The position numbers were made by a program, and so were the translations under genes. Positions 10,994 to 21,377 of a DNA stretch of 64,000 nt are shown one piece after another. Position 1 is the first letter of the stretch. Each line of letters starts with the position of its first letter. The notes beneath the pieces were generated by a model that saw only the letters and a program-made list of their open reading frames with translations, had not been told where the DNA came from and did not search any database. The stretch covers positions 70,177 to 134,176 of the forward strand of contig JBAYVE010000001.1 of the NCBI GenBank assembly GCA_041674765.1, given 5' to 3'. This DNA comes from Patescibacteria group bacterium (GTDB lineage: Bacteria > Patescibacteriota > UBA1384 > XYA2-FULL-43-10 > 1-14-0-10-43-13).

Positions 10994-11992
10994 ATGGATC
11001 CGTTGAATTGTTACCGTTATTTAAGGAAAAAAATAAATACTTTTTTGTATAAGAAAAAAGCTATTATTCTATTTTCCAAGCTTAGAAATTGTTCATTTAG
11101 GAACGTTAATGATTTATCTAAAGATATTCCCTTCTCTTATTTCCAGGCATTTACTCCGGAGCAAGTCCCTCAAAATGATTTCTATGGCATTGCTACTAAT
11201 CTAAAAAAGTACGCTGGTATCGAGCCGTCTAGGCGTCTAGAAGCGATTATCGAGCATGGTGTCTATTTTTATTTAGATGCTTCGCCGAACGATCTAAGTT
11301 CTCCTTTTAAGACCTTGATCACTTTCGGCAGTTATCGGGAAAACCGGCTAAAGAAAGCGACTGATCGTAAGATATTTAAAATAGGACCGTATATTCGATA
11401 TGTCGAGCCTTTCTTATCGAAAAAGGAATTTCTTCGAGAAAAAAAACATTTGGGCAAGAATTTGTTAGCTTTCCCTGTACACTCTGATGCTGCTCATCAG
11501 GCCGATTGGGAGATAGAGGAATATTGCGATAAGCTTAAAAAAATACAAAAGGAATATGGCGCCGACTCAATCACAGTATGCCTTTATTGGCGTGATGTTG
11601 TAATGGGAAGGCTTAAACATTTTCAAAAAAAGGGCTTTAATTGTGTCAGCGCCGGCCATCTATATGATCCAATGTTCTTGAGCCGGCTCCGAAGTATAAT
11701 TGAACTCTCTGATTTTACGACCTCAAATCAAATTGGTACTCACTTGGGTTATTGCATTGCCCTTGGTAAACCTCATTATCTTAATAATGAAAAAGTTGCC
11801 TTCGTTAATAAACATAAAGAGGAATATAAACTTGAGGAAAACAACAAAGCTGCAGTCGAACTCAATCAATTTTTTGGCAAGCCTCTGAAGGAGATTACTA
11901 AAGAACAAGAGGAAGCTATCAACAGATATTGGGGTCTCGGGGATCATAAAACCAGAGAGGAATTGGGGGAAATTTTGAGAAAAGTTGTTTAG
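10994..11992 (+). CDS. Hypothetical glycan-cluster protein, possibly a nonulosonate transferase
   Basis: EHGVY, FPVHS, CLYWRD, SAGH.YDP.FL.RL and GTHLGY motifs of a family seen in polysaccharide clusters. Function is inferred from context only. Confidence 0.5.
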   Translation: MDPLNCYRYLRKKINTFLYKKKAIILFSKLRNCSFRNVNDLSKDIPFSYFQAFTPEQVPQNDFYGIATNLKKYAGIEPSRRLEAIIEHGVYFYLDASPNDLSSPFKTLITFGSYRENRLKKATDRKIFKIGPYIRYVEPFLSKKEFLREKKHLGKNLLAFPVHSDAAHQADWEIEEYCDKLKKIQKEYGADSITVCLYWRDVVMGRLKHFQKKGFNCVSAGHLYDPMFLSRLRSIIELSDFTTSNQIGTHLGYCIALGKPHYLNNEKVAFVNKHKEEYKLEENNKAAVELNQFFGKPLKEITKEQEEAINRYWGLGDHKTREELGEILRKVV

Positions 11993-12068
11993 GCATACGA
12001 GCTTTAATTCTATGGCAATCTATGATATTTTAAGGTTAGCGTGAGTATTAAAATTAAGAGGCTCTAAA

Positions 12069-13067
12069 GTGGATTTATCAAATAGAAAAATTTTTGTAAC
12101 CGGTGCAGGTGGTTTTATCGGTAGTCATTTAGTTGAGGCATTGGTCTTAAAGGGCTGCAAGATTAAGGCATTCGTTCACTACAATTCTTTCAATAGTTGG
12201 GGTTGGTTAGATCATATCGATAAAAAGGTAATGGAGTCGGTTGAAGTTATCTCCGGGGATATCACCGACCCTTTTGGAGTAAAGGAATCGATGAAGGAGT
12301 GTGAGGTTGTATTCCACCTGGCTGCCCTGATAGCTATTCCATACTCCTATCATTCACCTGCTTCCTATGTTGATACAAATATCAAGGGGACTTTGAATGT
12401 TCTACAAGCAGCGAAAGAATTAGGTATTAAAAAGATCATTCATACCTCTACTAGTGAAATATATGGAACAGCTCAATTTGTGCCGATTACCGAGGATCAT
12501 CCGACAAATCCGCAATCACCTTATGCCGCAACCAAATCAGGAGCTGACTTTTTGGCCCTGACTTTTTATCGATCATTCGGTTTGCCCGTAATAGTTGCAC
12601 GGCCGTTTAATACATTTGGGCCAAGGCAATCGGCAAGAGCGATAATCCCAACGATTATTTCTCAAATAGCCTCTGGCAAAAAGGAAATCAAGCTGGGGTC
12701 GTTGCACCCGACCAGAGATTTAAATTATGTAAAAGACACTGCTGATGGTTTTATAGCTTGTGCAGAATCAGATACAGCCACTGGTGAGGTAATCAATCTT
12801 GGCAGAGGCGAAGAGATCTCTATCGGCGATCTGGCAAAGTTAATTGCCAAAATAATGGAAAAGGATATCACTATCATTGCTGACGAAAAAAGACAGCGGC
12901 CTCAAAAAAGTGAAGTAGAAAGGCTTCTTGCTGATAACAAGAAGGCGAAGAATATTCTCCATTGGTCTCCAAAGTATTCCTTCGAGGAAGGACTGATTGA
13001 AACGATCAAGTGGTTTCAGCAGCCAGAAAATCTGGCGATGTACAAACCGGATATTTATAATCTCTAA
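12069..13067 (+). CDS. NAD-dependent nucleotide-sugar 4,6-dehydratase (LegB-like)
   Basis: TGAGGFIGSHL, YNSFNSWGWLD, HLAALIAIPYSY, SPYAATK and RPFNTFGPRQSARA motifs. Confidence 0.85.
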   Translation: MDLSNRKIFVTGAGGFIGSHLVEALVLKGCKIKAFVHYNSFNSWGWLDHIDKKVMESVEVISGDITDPFGVKESMKECEVVFHLAALIAIPYSYHSPASYVDTNIKGTLNVLQAAKELGIKKIIHTSTSEIYGTAQFVPITEDHPTNPQSPYAATKSGADFLALTFYRSFGLPVIVARPFNTFGPRQSARAIIPTIISQIASGKKEIKLGSLHPTRDLNYVKDTADGFIACAESDTATGEVINLGRGEEISIGDLAKLIAKIMEKDITIIADEKRQRPQKSEVERLLADNKKAKNILHWSPKYSFEEGLIETIKWFQQPENLAMYKPDIYNL

Positions 13068-13076
13068 GGAGGAATA

Positions 13077-13772
13077 ATGAAAGCAATACTTTTGGCTGGC
13101 GGGAAAGGAACCAGACTGTTGCCATACACTACTGTTATTCCGAAACCTTTAGTGCCCGTCGGCGATAAGGCGGTTTTGGAAATTCTAATTGGCAGATTGA
13201 AAAAGGCCGGGGTTACAGACATTACTCTCTGTGTAAATCATCTCGCCGAGCTGATTATGGCTTACTTCGGGGATGGAAAGAAATGGGGAGTAAAAATCTC
13301 CTATTCTCTTGAGGCCAAACCATTGCATACAGTTGGCCCCCTGAAGCTCTTAAGCGGCCTTCCGGAGGATTTTTTAGTTATGAACGGTGATCTGCTTACC
13401 GACCTCGATTTTAAAGAGCTTTTTGAATATCACATTTTGAATAAATCTCTTTTGACTTTGGCTACTTATAAGCGCACAGAGAAAATAGATTTGGGCGTGA
13501 TAGAAATAGATGAAAAAAAATTAACAGCTACCGGTTTTAGAGAAAAGCCAGAGATGAATTTCAATGTTAGCATGGGTGTTTATGTCTTAAATAAAAAAGT
13601 TCTTGATTTTGTCCCTGGAGATACTTTCTTCGGTTTTGACGATTTGATGCATACCTTATTAGAGAGGGAGCAGACGATCAAAACGTTTCCTTTTGAAGGG
13701 TATTGGTTGGATATCGGCCGACCGGATGATTATGAGAGAGCTAATAATGATATTAAGAAGTTGGACTTATAG
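13077..13772 (+). CDS. Sugar-phosphate nucleotidyltransferase
   Basis: LAGGKGTRLLPYT..PKPL, VMNGDLLTD and WLDIGRPDDY motifs. Confidence 0.88.
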   Translation: MKAILLAGGKGTRLLPYTTVIPKPLVPVGDKAVLEILIGRLKKAGVTDITLCVNHLAELIMAYFGDGKKWGVKISYSLEAKPLHTVGPLKLLSGLPEDFLVMNGDLLTDLDFKELFEYHILNKSLLTLATYKRTEKIDLGVIEIDEKKLTATGFREKPEMNFNVSMGVYVLNKKVLDFVPGDTFFGFDDLMHTLLEREQTIKTFPFEGYWLDIGRPDDYERANNDIKKLDL

Positions 13773-13773
13773 A

Positions 13774-14718
13774 ATGAAGAAGATATTAGTGCTGGGAGCA
13801 ACTAGCTATATTGCCAGTTTCTATATAAAAGAAATTTGTAGAGAGAACAAAGTTATCGGTTTGTCGATGGATGATAAAAAAATGTCATTTGATACTGATG
13901 AAAAAGAACTAACGTTAATTTCAAATTTTGACTACTCGACAATTTCCATAAAAGGTATTCTTGAGCAATATAAGCCTGATCAGATCATCAATTTCATTGG
14001 TGTAAAAAACGCCCCAAATATCATAAAGGATCAATTTGATTTTTTTTATCAAGCAAATTGCGGTATAACAGCCAGACTTTTTGAAGCTATTCATGAGATA
14101 GCTGATTACCATCCCAAGATAATGCTTATGGGAAGTGCCTCTGAATATGGCGTGTCGAAGCCAGCCGGATTTTACTCTGAAGATTCCCCCTGTCTGCCAG
14201 ACTCTTTCTACGGATTAACAAAAATAATGCAAACCAAAGTTGGTTTATTTTATTCACGTAATTTCAACGATAAAATCTACATTTTTAGACCTTCGACAGT
14301 TCTTGGACCCAATGCTCCAACCGGTCTATTTTTCTCAGATATTGTGACCAAGCTTAAAAAAGGAGAGAGTAAAATTAGTGTATATAATTTAAGCTCAACT
14401 AGGGACTATGTTGGTATCGATGATTTAATTACCGCTATTGTTAAAATAAGCAGCAGTGAGTGTAAGGGTGGTATCTACAATATTTCTTCAGGAAAAGGAA
14501 GTACGCTTGCCGAAGTTGCAGGTTTAATAAAAAACTATTTTTGGGAGAGATTGAGAAAAAAAATCGAGTTTATCGAAACAGATCCTTTGGATAACTCAAA
14601 AATAAATTCATCTATATTAGACAACAGCAAACTTAAAGAAAGCACGGCTTTTATGCCAGAGTCAGACCTAAAGAGGATAATTTATTCAGCTCTAGAAGTA
14701 GATTTTGATAAAAGATAA
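13774..14718 (+). CDS. NAD-dependent epimerase/dehydratase (SDR family)
   Basis: LVLGATSYIA, GSASEYG, YGLTK, RDYV and YNISSG motifs. ATG at 13774, just after the upstream stop, is preferred. Confidence 0.75.
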   Translation: MKKILVLGATSYIASFYIKEICRENKVIGLSMDDKKMSFDTDEKELTLISNFDYSTISIKGILEQYKPDQIINFIGVKNAPNIIKDQFDFFYQANCGITARLFEAIHEIADYHPKIMLMGSASEYGVSKPAGFYSEDSPCLPDSFYGLTKIMQTKVGLFYSRNFNDKIYIFRPSTVLGPNAPTGLFFSDIVTKLKKGESKISVYNLSSTRDYVGIDDLITAIVKISSSECKGGIYNISSGKGSTLAEVAGLIKNYFWERLRKKIEFIETDPLDNSKINSSILDNSKLKESTAFMPESDLKRIIYSALEVDFDKR

Positions 14719-15639
14719 CTAATTCCTGTAGGTCTCAATCCATTTCGGAATGATGTTTTCCCAGTAAAATTCTTGGCACTTCATCCCTTGAAGCTGACCA
14801 TATTTTTCACGTAGTTCTTCTGAGCTGATCAGAGATGAGAGTACTTCCGTATAATCTTTGTTGTTATTGACCAATAAATCATTTGTTTTGCTATCAAACA
14901 TGTCCTTTGTGCCACCTACATTGTTGGAAATCACAGGAATGCCTCTCGACATTGTCTCGAGGAGGGCGATACTAAAGACATCTTGATGAGAAAAATAGGT
15001 AAAAATATCAATTTTTTGGTAAAAATCTTCCTTATCACAAAAACCTAGGAATTCACAGTCGATGCCGGTCTTTATAACTTCCGCTTTGATTCTGTCAAAG
15101 TAGATGCCGGGATTGCCGCCAATCAATAACTTGACTTTGCCATCAAGAGTTTTCACTATTTCCGCAAGGTCTATTAATCCTCTCGCTTTGTTTAGGAAAC
15201 TAAAACCGGTAAGAATTCCCAAAGTTGGCCTATCTCCTTTTAAGTGATAGTCGGTCTTGGTCCATGTAGGAGTCTCGATCCCGTTTGGAATTATCATGGC
15301 TTTTTTTAGCTGTAGCTTTTCCTGTAAAAATCTACATGGTACCGTCACTGTATCTGCCTGTGAGATAGCAAAAGGATAAAGTTTAGACCAAATAAGATGT
15401 TCCTCGGTAAAAATTCCCTGGAGAGTCAATATATACTTACCCCTAAGCGGGTGAGAAAAGGGCAGGGTTGAGTGAGTAACGCCGGTACGGAATGGTTGGA
15501 GGAAATATCCTGGGAGAGTGTCGATTACTTTATTATCAATTCTTAGTTTAGAGAGTTCATTGGAAAGCTGTAGTGCCCAAACTTTAACCCCACCACCACT
15601 CAAAGTCGAATAGATATTTACTTTATCTGTCTTGGTCAT
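14719..15639 (-). CDS. Glycosyltransferase family 4
   Basis: IIPNGI and DVFSIALLETMSRGIPVISNNVGG (GT4 C-terminal motif). Confidence 0.8.
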   Translation of the reverse strand: MTKTDKVNIYSTLSGGGVKVWALQLSNELSKLRIDNKVIDTLPGYFLQPFRTGVTHSTLPFSHPLRGKYILTLQGIFTEEHLIWSKLYPFAISQADTVTVPCRFLQEKLQLKKAMIIPNGIETPTWTKTDYHLKGDRPTLGILTGFSFLNKARGLIDLAEIVKTLDGKVKLLIGGNPGIYFDRIKAEVIKTGIDCEFLGFCDKEDFYQKIDIFTYFSHQDVFSIALLETMSRGIPVISNNVGGTKDMFDSKTNDLLVNNNKDYTEVLSSLISSEELREKYGQLQGMKCQEFYWENIIPKWIETYRN

Positions 15640-17699
15640 TTACTGTATTTCCAAATTGTTACGCCATCGCTATTATAAACTTTACTAAACAACGGCGAGT
15701 TGTTAAATTTGTTCAAGTCAGCTCCATAGTAGTTGTAACTCCGCCACCAACTTCTTTTGCCATATAATAGTGATTTAAATTTATTCTCGGAATATAGAAT
15801 ATAAACAGGTCTGACAGCTTTATTTTCAGTTGCATATTTGAGTTTTTCTTGATAATCGACAATATATGATTTGATGTTTTCTAATTCTTGATTAATTTGG
15901 TTATTTGAAATATTATTTGCCGAGTCACTCAAGTCATTGATCAAATTTTTCTTTATATCCTTTATCATATCGTTCTGATCTGTCATCTCAACCGAATTAA
16001 TATAATTATTGTCGGTCACAGATGACAGAAAGAAAGCATCTGAAGGAGAATTGATTGTTCTTTCAGCGAAGTATTCGATCAGTTGTTTATTACCGCCCTG
16101 ACTAATAAATATTGCATTTTCGGGGGTTTGATTTTCGATGAATTTAACAGATTTGTATTCCTCTTTTGTAACCCAGCCTTGTTTGAAATAAGTAACCGAG
16201 GCAGGGATGAGAATGGAAAAACCAATCAAAAAAATAATGGCCAATTTAACTTTCACTGATAAATTTTTTGGCCAGAGAGCCTTTAGGATGTGAGGTATAA
16301 AAAAACAAAGCATTAAGGAAACAAAAAGCCAGGCTCGATCAGGCAAATAAGCAAATCCAAGACGGGGGAAAACTTCCGCAACGGAAAAAAAGATAGCAAA
16401 GACAAAAAGATATAACCAATTTTCAGCAAAGTTAAAATTAACCCTCGCTTTTTTCCAAATCCAAAGAGCAATAAAAATGAGGGGAGCAATACCTAAATTA
16501 TAGCCATAATAATAAATTTGAGAAATGCCCGGCCAGCCGACTTGGTTGCCATCAGCATTTGTATAATGATCAATAAACCAAAGATCAATATTCGGGTGCA
16601 GTATGTGTTGTGTGAAGATACGAATATACCAATTAAAAAGTGGTAATATTCCCGAGTCCTTTAACCAGGGCAGTGTGGAAAAAATTAAAAATGCCAATAC
16701 AATTAGAGATTCCAATGGGTATCTTTTAGCCTTGGGCCAAAAGAAGTATAGAGCCGCCAAAAGTTCAGTTACAATAAGGAAAAGAAAAAACTCATGGATT
16801 TTGACTCCTATTAGGGTCAGTAGAATTAGAAGTAATAGCCAATAAGCGTTGATTAAATTATCCCTTTTTTTCAGAAGTTGAGAGGTTAGGTAAACGAAAG
16901 GAGCTAAGGTAAAAAAGAAGAGAGATTGGGGCCTTGTAATCAGAGCTTCTACTGTAATAATAGGAAAAAGAAAAGGGGTAAGAGTGCAAAGGATTAAGAG
17001 AAGATTTTGTTTGGGCAATATTTTTCTGGCAAAAAGATAGGCAGTTAGGGGCATTGCTAGTCCGAGAAAGGGAACTACTATTTTAAAGAGATGATAGGAG
17101 GGTATGCTGGTAATCGAAGAAAAGGACCAGCAGAATGATAAAAAAAGAGATCTGGAATCTGGTGCCAAATTTCCAGTTTTTCCGATAGTATCTAACTTAA
17201 CTAAGTATGTGTAAGGATCGGCTTCGGGCAAAAAACTGTAAAGGGAAAAATTTATGACCAGCAAGAATACGCTGATTCCGAGAGAGATAAAAAGAAATTT
17301 ATGCTTAGAAAAATCTTTAGCTTTTACTTTTAACTCGGAGATAGGATTTTTTTTCCAAAAAAAGATGAGAAGATAGAATATTAGCGAAGTTATCAGCCAA
17401 ATACCAAGAGAAGACAGGGTCGAGTACAGATTAAAATCGACCCCACGTAAAAGAATGATCGAGTAGATTACCGCCGGAGTTAGAATTAACCCGATTATGT
17501 AGGCCCAAAGCAAGAGTAAAATCTTGCCTTGTTTCATATTTGTAATTTGTTCAAACGCAAGAGCAATATTTAAGCCAGGCAGAAAAAATACGAGAGCACC
17601 TGCAATAAAGGAAATATAGGGGAATCCTATTAAAGAAAGAAGATGACTCACAAAATATAGAGTGACAATAGCTAGATTCAATTTGAGTGCGTTTCTCAT
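15636..17699 (-). CDS. Large polytopic membrane protein, probably a GT-C-fold glycosyltransferase
   Basis: Many TM segments, an acidic EADPY loop after the first TM bundle and a C-terminal soluble domain. Lies in a glycosyltransferase operon. Confidence 0.55.
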   Translation of the reverse strand: MRNALKLNLAIVTLYFVSHLLSLIGFPYISFIAGALVFFLPGLNIALAFEQITNMKQGKILLLLWAYIIGLILTPAVIYSIILLRGVDFNLYSTLSSLGIWLITSLIFYLLIFFWKKNPISELKVKAKDFSKHKFLFISLGISVFLLVINFSLYSFLPEADPYTYLVKLDTIGKTGNLAPDSRSLFLSFCWSFSSITSIPSYHLFKIVVPFLGLAMPLTAYLFARKILPKQNLLLILCTLTPFLFPIITVEALITRPQSLFFFTLAPFVYLTSQLLKKRDNLINAYWLLLLILLTLIGVKIHEFFLFLIVTELLAALYFFWPKAKRYPLESLIVLAFLIFSTLPWLKDSGILPLFNWYIRIFTQHILHPNIDLWFIDHYTNADGNQVGWPGISQIYYYGYNLGIAPLIFIALWIWKKARVNFNFAENWLYLFVFAIFFSVAEVFPRLGFAYLPDRAWLFVSLMLCFFIPHILKALWPKNLSVKVKLAIIFLIGFSILIPASVTYFKQGWVTKEEYKSVKFIENQTPENAIFISQGGNKQLIEYFAERTINSPSDAFFLSSVTDNNYINSVEMTDQNDMIKDIKKNLINDLSDSANNISNNQINQELENIKSYIVDYQEKLKYATENKAVRPVYILYSENKFKSLLYGKRSWWRSYNYYGADLNKFNNSPLFSKVYNSDGVTIWKYSK

Positions 17700-18802
17700 T
17701 TATTTACTTCCTTTTCTAATGCCAAAATATTATGGTCCCAATCGAATTTGTCCTCGATGGTTTTTTTAATTTCCTGCCCGAACATTTTACGTAGGTTGGA
17801 ATTTTCAACCAGTCTCTTCATCGATGCCACAAGCTCCTCCTGTTTTCCGGGTTCAAACAAAAAACCATTTTTACCATTATCAATGATTTCATCAGTACCG
17901 CCGGTGTTCGAAGCTATCACCGCCAATCCTGATGCGCCCGCCTCTAAAAGAGAGGTTGGCAAACCTTCGGAGTAAGAAGGATTAACAAAAATGTCATTTT
18001 CAGCAAGAATTGTTTTAATTTCACTGAAACTCTTCTCGCCTAAGAATGTAATTCGAGCATCATCAGTGGCCAGATCGGCTAACTCATTCCTATAGTTACC
18101 TTCACCAACAATTGTCAACCTCAACTTATCATTTTTGATCTTTTTTAGGGCACGGATAAGATCCTGAACTCCTTTAGCCTCAATCAGTCTACCAATAAAA
18201 ATTATACCAATAAAATTGGATGCTGTCTTTCTCTGACTCAAGAAAACATTACTATCTACTGAATTATAAACGACTTTGACCTTTTTCCCACCCAACCTTT
18301 TTGAGAAATCGGCTGCTGCTTTTGAAATAGCGAGATGGCGATCTGCAAGAAGAAAAACTAATCGTCCCAAAGTATAGTCATAAAATTTCGCTAATAATCT
18401 TGTCCCAGTATTTACCAATTTTGGATGACAGGTTCCATGCTCAATGTGAATTGACGGCACTTTGAACTTTTTAGAGTAAATAAGCGCAATCAGGGTCAGC
18501 GGAAAAAATCGGGTGTTGGTGACGATCTTATCAGGTTTATCTCTAAAGAGCTTTGTTAGAACCAGGTGATTTTGGCGGTTTAATATCGGGTAGGGAAAAG
18601 TGCCGCGGAGAATATTTTTCGACTCCAACCTGATTACTCTAATACTATTTAGCGTTTCCTCAGCCGGTTCGTTATCAAATTTTGATGCCACGACAGTCAC
18701 AGCATGGCCGAGTCGTGCTAGCCGATTAGAAATTTCTAAACAATAATTTTCTAAGCCGCCCGTATGCGGATAGAAGTATGGTGAAAAAACTATTAATTTC
18801 AT
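17696..18802 (-). CDS. Glycosyltransferase family 4
   Basis: PYFYPHTGGLE, FIGRLIEAKG and PSYSEGLPTSLLEAGASG motifs. Confidence 0.88.
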   Translation of the reverse strand: MKLIVFSPYFYPHTGGLENYCLEISNRLARLGHAVTVVASKFDNEPAEETLNSIRVIRLESKNILRGTFPYPILNRQNHLVLTKLFRDKPDKIVTNTRFFPLTLIALIYSKKFKVPSIHIEHGTCHPKLVNTGTRLLAKFYDYTLGRLVFLLADRHLAISKAAADFSKRLGGKKVKVVYNSVDSNVFLSQRKTASNFIGIIFIGRLIEAKGVQDLIRALKKIKNDKLRLTIVGEGNYRNELADLATDDARITFLGEKSFSEIKTILAENDIFVNPSYSEGLPTSLLEAGASGLAVIASNTGGTDEIIDNGKNGFLFEPGKQEELVASMKRLVENSNLRKMFGQEIKKTIEDKFDWDHNILALEKEVNK

Positions 18803-19141
18803 TTATTCTTTATCTAGATCCTTTATACCAATTTTTATAACAATATCTTTGATATTCTGCTCCAACCGATGAACTTTTGTATGCAAACGGTATGTCACAA
18901 AAAACAAAAACACAAATGCAATCCCCAGAAAGGTTCCAGCTCCGGCATTTGGTTCTCCAATCCTTTCGGTGATCTGAAGCAGTACTCCCGGTCTCAGCGC
19001 CACATATACAATACAAAGCCAAGCCCCAGTCCAGAGAATAAAGGCGGTTAAATTTTCATAATGTTTCTGGTAGTCAAGATAGGTTTTAGAAATAACTAAA
19101 CCGGCCAATAAAATGGCGACAAATTTCGATAAAAAAATCAT
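18803..19141 (-). CDS. DUF2304-like small membrane protein
   Basis: Three TM segments plus a C-terminal coiled tail, directly after a DPM-synthase-like GT2, which is the usual context. Confidence 0.7.
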   Translation of the reverse strand: MIFLSKFVAILLAGLVISKTYLDYQKHYENLTAFILWTGAWLCIVYVALRPGVLLQITERIGEPNAGAGTFLGIAFVFLFFVTYRLHTKVHRLEQNIKDIVIKIGIKDLDKE

Positions 19142-19827
19142 TTTTTCCCTGTTAACTTTATTGTTAGTAGTCTAGTTAAAACATTTACGCCGTTAATCCA
19201 ATTTTGTCCTTTTCTTTTAGAATAATGGGTGTAAATAGTTTCGATAGGCACTTCGCACATCCTTAATCTTGTTCTTCTAACCTCCCCGATAATTTCTGAA
19301 GATATTTCATATCCCAAGGAGTGCAGATTGAATTTAGACAAAGCAATTTTATCATATGCCCGAAGTCCTGATTGAGTGTCCGTGGACCAGATGTGAAAAA
19401 TAAAAACAGTTATGAAATTCATTACCCAATTGCCAAAAATTTTTATCCCTGGCATTCCTTTGGTATTTAGCATCCTTGTGCCGATAACAACATTTGCCTC
19501 TCCGCGCACGATTGGTTCCACCAAAAGGTGAATATCCTTTGGATTATGTTGTCCATCGGCATCAATGGTTACGGCTATGTCTGCTCCAATTTTCTTAGCG
19601 GCCTCAAATCCAGTGCACAAAGCAGCACCGACGCCTAGGTTAATAATATGCTTTGCGATGCAGGAGGTATATTTTCTGGCTACTTCAAAAGTACGATCGG
19701 TTGATCCGTCATCAATAACAATCGAAATAATTGATTCTATTCCTTTAAATTTCTTAGGTAACGAGGCCAAGACTTTCCCTATAGTCTTCTCCTCATTATA
19801 GGCAGGGATAATTACAGCTAGTTTCAT
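19138..19827 (-). CDS. Glycosyltransferase family 2 (polyprenol-phosphate sugar synthase-like)
   Basis: IPAYNEE, DDGSTD, NLGVGAA, DADGQH and DTQSGLRAY motifs. Confidence 0.9.
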   Translation of the reverse strand: MKLAVIIPAYNEEKTIGKVLASLPKKFKGIESIISIVIDDGSTDRTFEVARKYTSCIAKHIINLGVGAALCTGFEAAKKIGADIAVTIDADGQHNPKDIHLLVEPIVRGEANVVIGTRMLNTKGMPGIKIFGNWVMNFITVFIFHIWSTDTQSGLRAYDKIALSKFNLHSLGYEISSEIIGEVRRTRLRMCEVPIETIYTHYSKRKGQNWINGVNVLTRLLTIKLTGKK

Positions 19828-19895
19828 AAAATATTTTTTCCTTAACTATCTTTGTTATATCAAAAACGATGATTAGAAACAACAAAAATAATATA

Positions 19896-19924
19896 TTGAC
19901 TCAAAAGCGTTCTATTGATAAACT
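19896..19924 (+). promoter_or_regulatory. Sigma70-type promoter of the metK operon
   Basis: TTGACT-17 nt-TAAACT with an extended -10 TG, ~20 nt upstream of the riboswitch. Confidence 0.6.
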
Positions 19925-19946
19925 CAAAAAGTAGAAAAACTAAATA

Positions 19947-20113
19947 TTATCAAGAGTGGTGTTATCCTGCCCAAGGAGGCGGGACGGTCAGTCAGACCGG
20001 GGAGTTGGCCCGATGATCACCCAGCAGCTTGCCCTTATCTTGCAACTAGTAACGCGAGATCACGGTAAAGTGCTAAATCCAAGCCCCCATTTCATATTTT
20101 GTGGGCAAGATAA
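19947..20113 (+). ncRNA. SAM-I (S-box) riboswitch aptamer, with an atypical insertion in P2
   Basis: TTATCAAGAG...GGGAGTTGGCCCGATGA..CCCAGCAGC...AAGTGCTAAATCCAA...AAGATAA. Pseudoknot TTGG/CCAA. Lies upstream of metK. Confidence 0.88.
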
Positions 20114-20121
20114 AAAAACTG

Positions 20122-20147
20122 TCTTGCCATTAGGCAGGATTTTTTTT
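20122..20147 (+). terminator. Riboswitch expression-platform terminator
   Basis: TCTTGCC-atta-GGCAGGA followed by T8. Its 5' arm can instead pair with GGCAAGA of the P4/P1 3' strand (antiterminator). Confidence 0.8.
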
Positions 20148-20181
20148 AATCATATATTTTTTAAAGAAAGAGGAGATCAGA

Positions 20182-21345
20182 ATGAAAACTTTATTTACTT
20201 CTGAGTCGGTAACTGAGGGCCATCCTGACAAAATGGCGGATCAGATCTCTGATGCCATATTGGATGATCTTTTGAGTAAAGATTCCAAGTCCAGGGTTGC
20301 TGTTGAGACATTACTTACAAATGGCGTCTGTGTGGTCGCCGGGGAAGTGACGACAAATGCCTATTCAGATATGGCGAAAGTTGCCAGAAATATAATAAAG
20401 GAGATCGGCTATGATGGTTGCGGGTTTCATCATGCCACCAGCGGTGTTTTGACCGCGATAAAGGAGCAGTCTTCGGATATCGCCCAGGGAGTCGATAGCT
20501 TCGTCAAGGATGAAGGTGGAAAAATCGTTAAGGAAGACATTAAAAATATCGGCGCCGGAGATCAGGGCTTAATGTTTGGTTTTGCCTGCGATGAAACACC
20601 TGAGTTGATGCCTTTGCCAATTATTTTGGCTCAGAGACTCTGCCAGCGACTAGCGGAGGTTAGAAAAAAGAATATTATCAAAGGCTTGTTCCCCGACGGT
20701 AAATCTCAAGTTACGGTTGAATACAACGATGGTAAGCCTGAACGTATTCATACTGTATTGATTGCGGCGCAACATGAAGAGAAAAAGGCACAGAGTCAGC
20801 TTAAAAAAGAGATTACTGAAAAAGTGATCAAACCTGTTCTCAAAGATTATGGCTATAAAATTGATAGTAAGACCCTGATTTATATAAATACGACCGGTAA
20901 ATTTGTTATCGGCGGACCCGAAGGCGATACCGGACTTACCGGAAGAAAAATTATTGTTGACACTTATGGAGGCTATGCCCGTCATGGCGGAGGCGCTTTT
21001 TCCGGCAAAGATCCTTCAAAAGTCGACCGAAGTGGCGCTTATGCGGCACGTTGGGTTGCCAAAAGTATAGTAGCGTCAGGACTCGCAGAGAAGTGTGAAT
21101 TTCAGTTAGCCTATGCGATAGGTAAACCAGAGCCACTATCACTTTATGTCAACACTTATGGCACAGGCAAAAAAACTGATGAGGATATTATTGAATTGAT
21201 AAAACAAAATTTTGATCTGCGTCCCGGTGCAATAATCGAGGATCTAAAACTGCGACGCCCTATCTACCGACAGGTTGCAGCTTACGGCCATTTTGGCCGG
21301 CCAGAACTTGATTTGCCATGGGAAAAGGTTAAAAAGCTTAAATAA
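20182..21345 (+). CDS. metK: S-adenosylmethionine synthetase
   Basis: [31 protein letters not shown] and [16 protein letters not shown] motifs. Confidence 0.97.
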   Translation: MKTLFTSESVTEGHPDKMADQISDAILDDLLSKDSKSRVAVETLLTNGVCVVAGEVTTNAYSDMAKVARNIIKEIGYDGCGFHHATSGVLTAIKEQSSDIAQGVDSFVKDEGGKIVKEDIKNIGAGDQGLMFGFACDETPELMPLPIILAQRLCQRLAEVRKKNIIKGLFPDGKSQVTVEYNDGKPERIHTVLIAAQHEEKKAQSQLKKEITEKVIKPVLKDYGYKIDSKTLIYINTTGKFVIGGPEGDTGLTGRKIIVDTYGGYARHGGGAFSGKDPSKVDRSGAYAARWVAKSIVASGLAEKCEFQLAYAIGKPEPLSLYVNTYGTGKKTDEDIIELIKQNFDLRPGAIIEDLKLRRPIYRQVAAYGHFGRPELDLPWEKVKKLK

Positions 21346-21377
21346 GGAACTTTAAGCTAACGCTTACTGCTAATCAT

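Noticed and set aside
19956-20204. 82-aa ORF upstream of metK
   Set aside because: It coincides with the SAM riboswitch and terminator and has no protein features.
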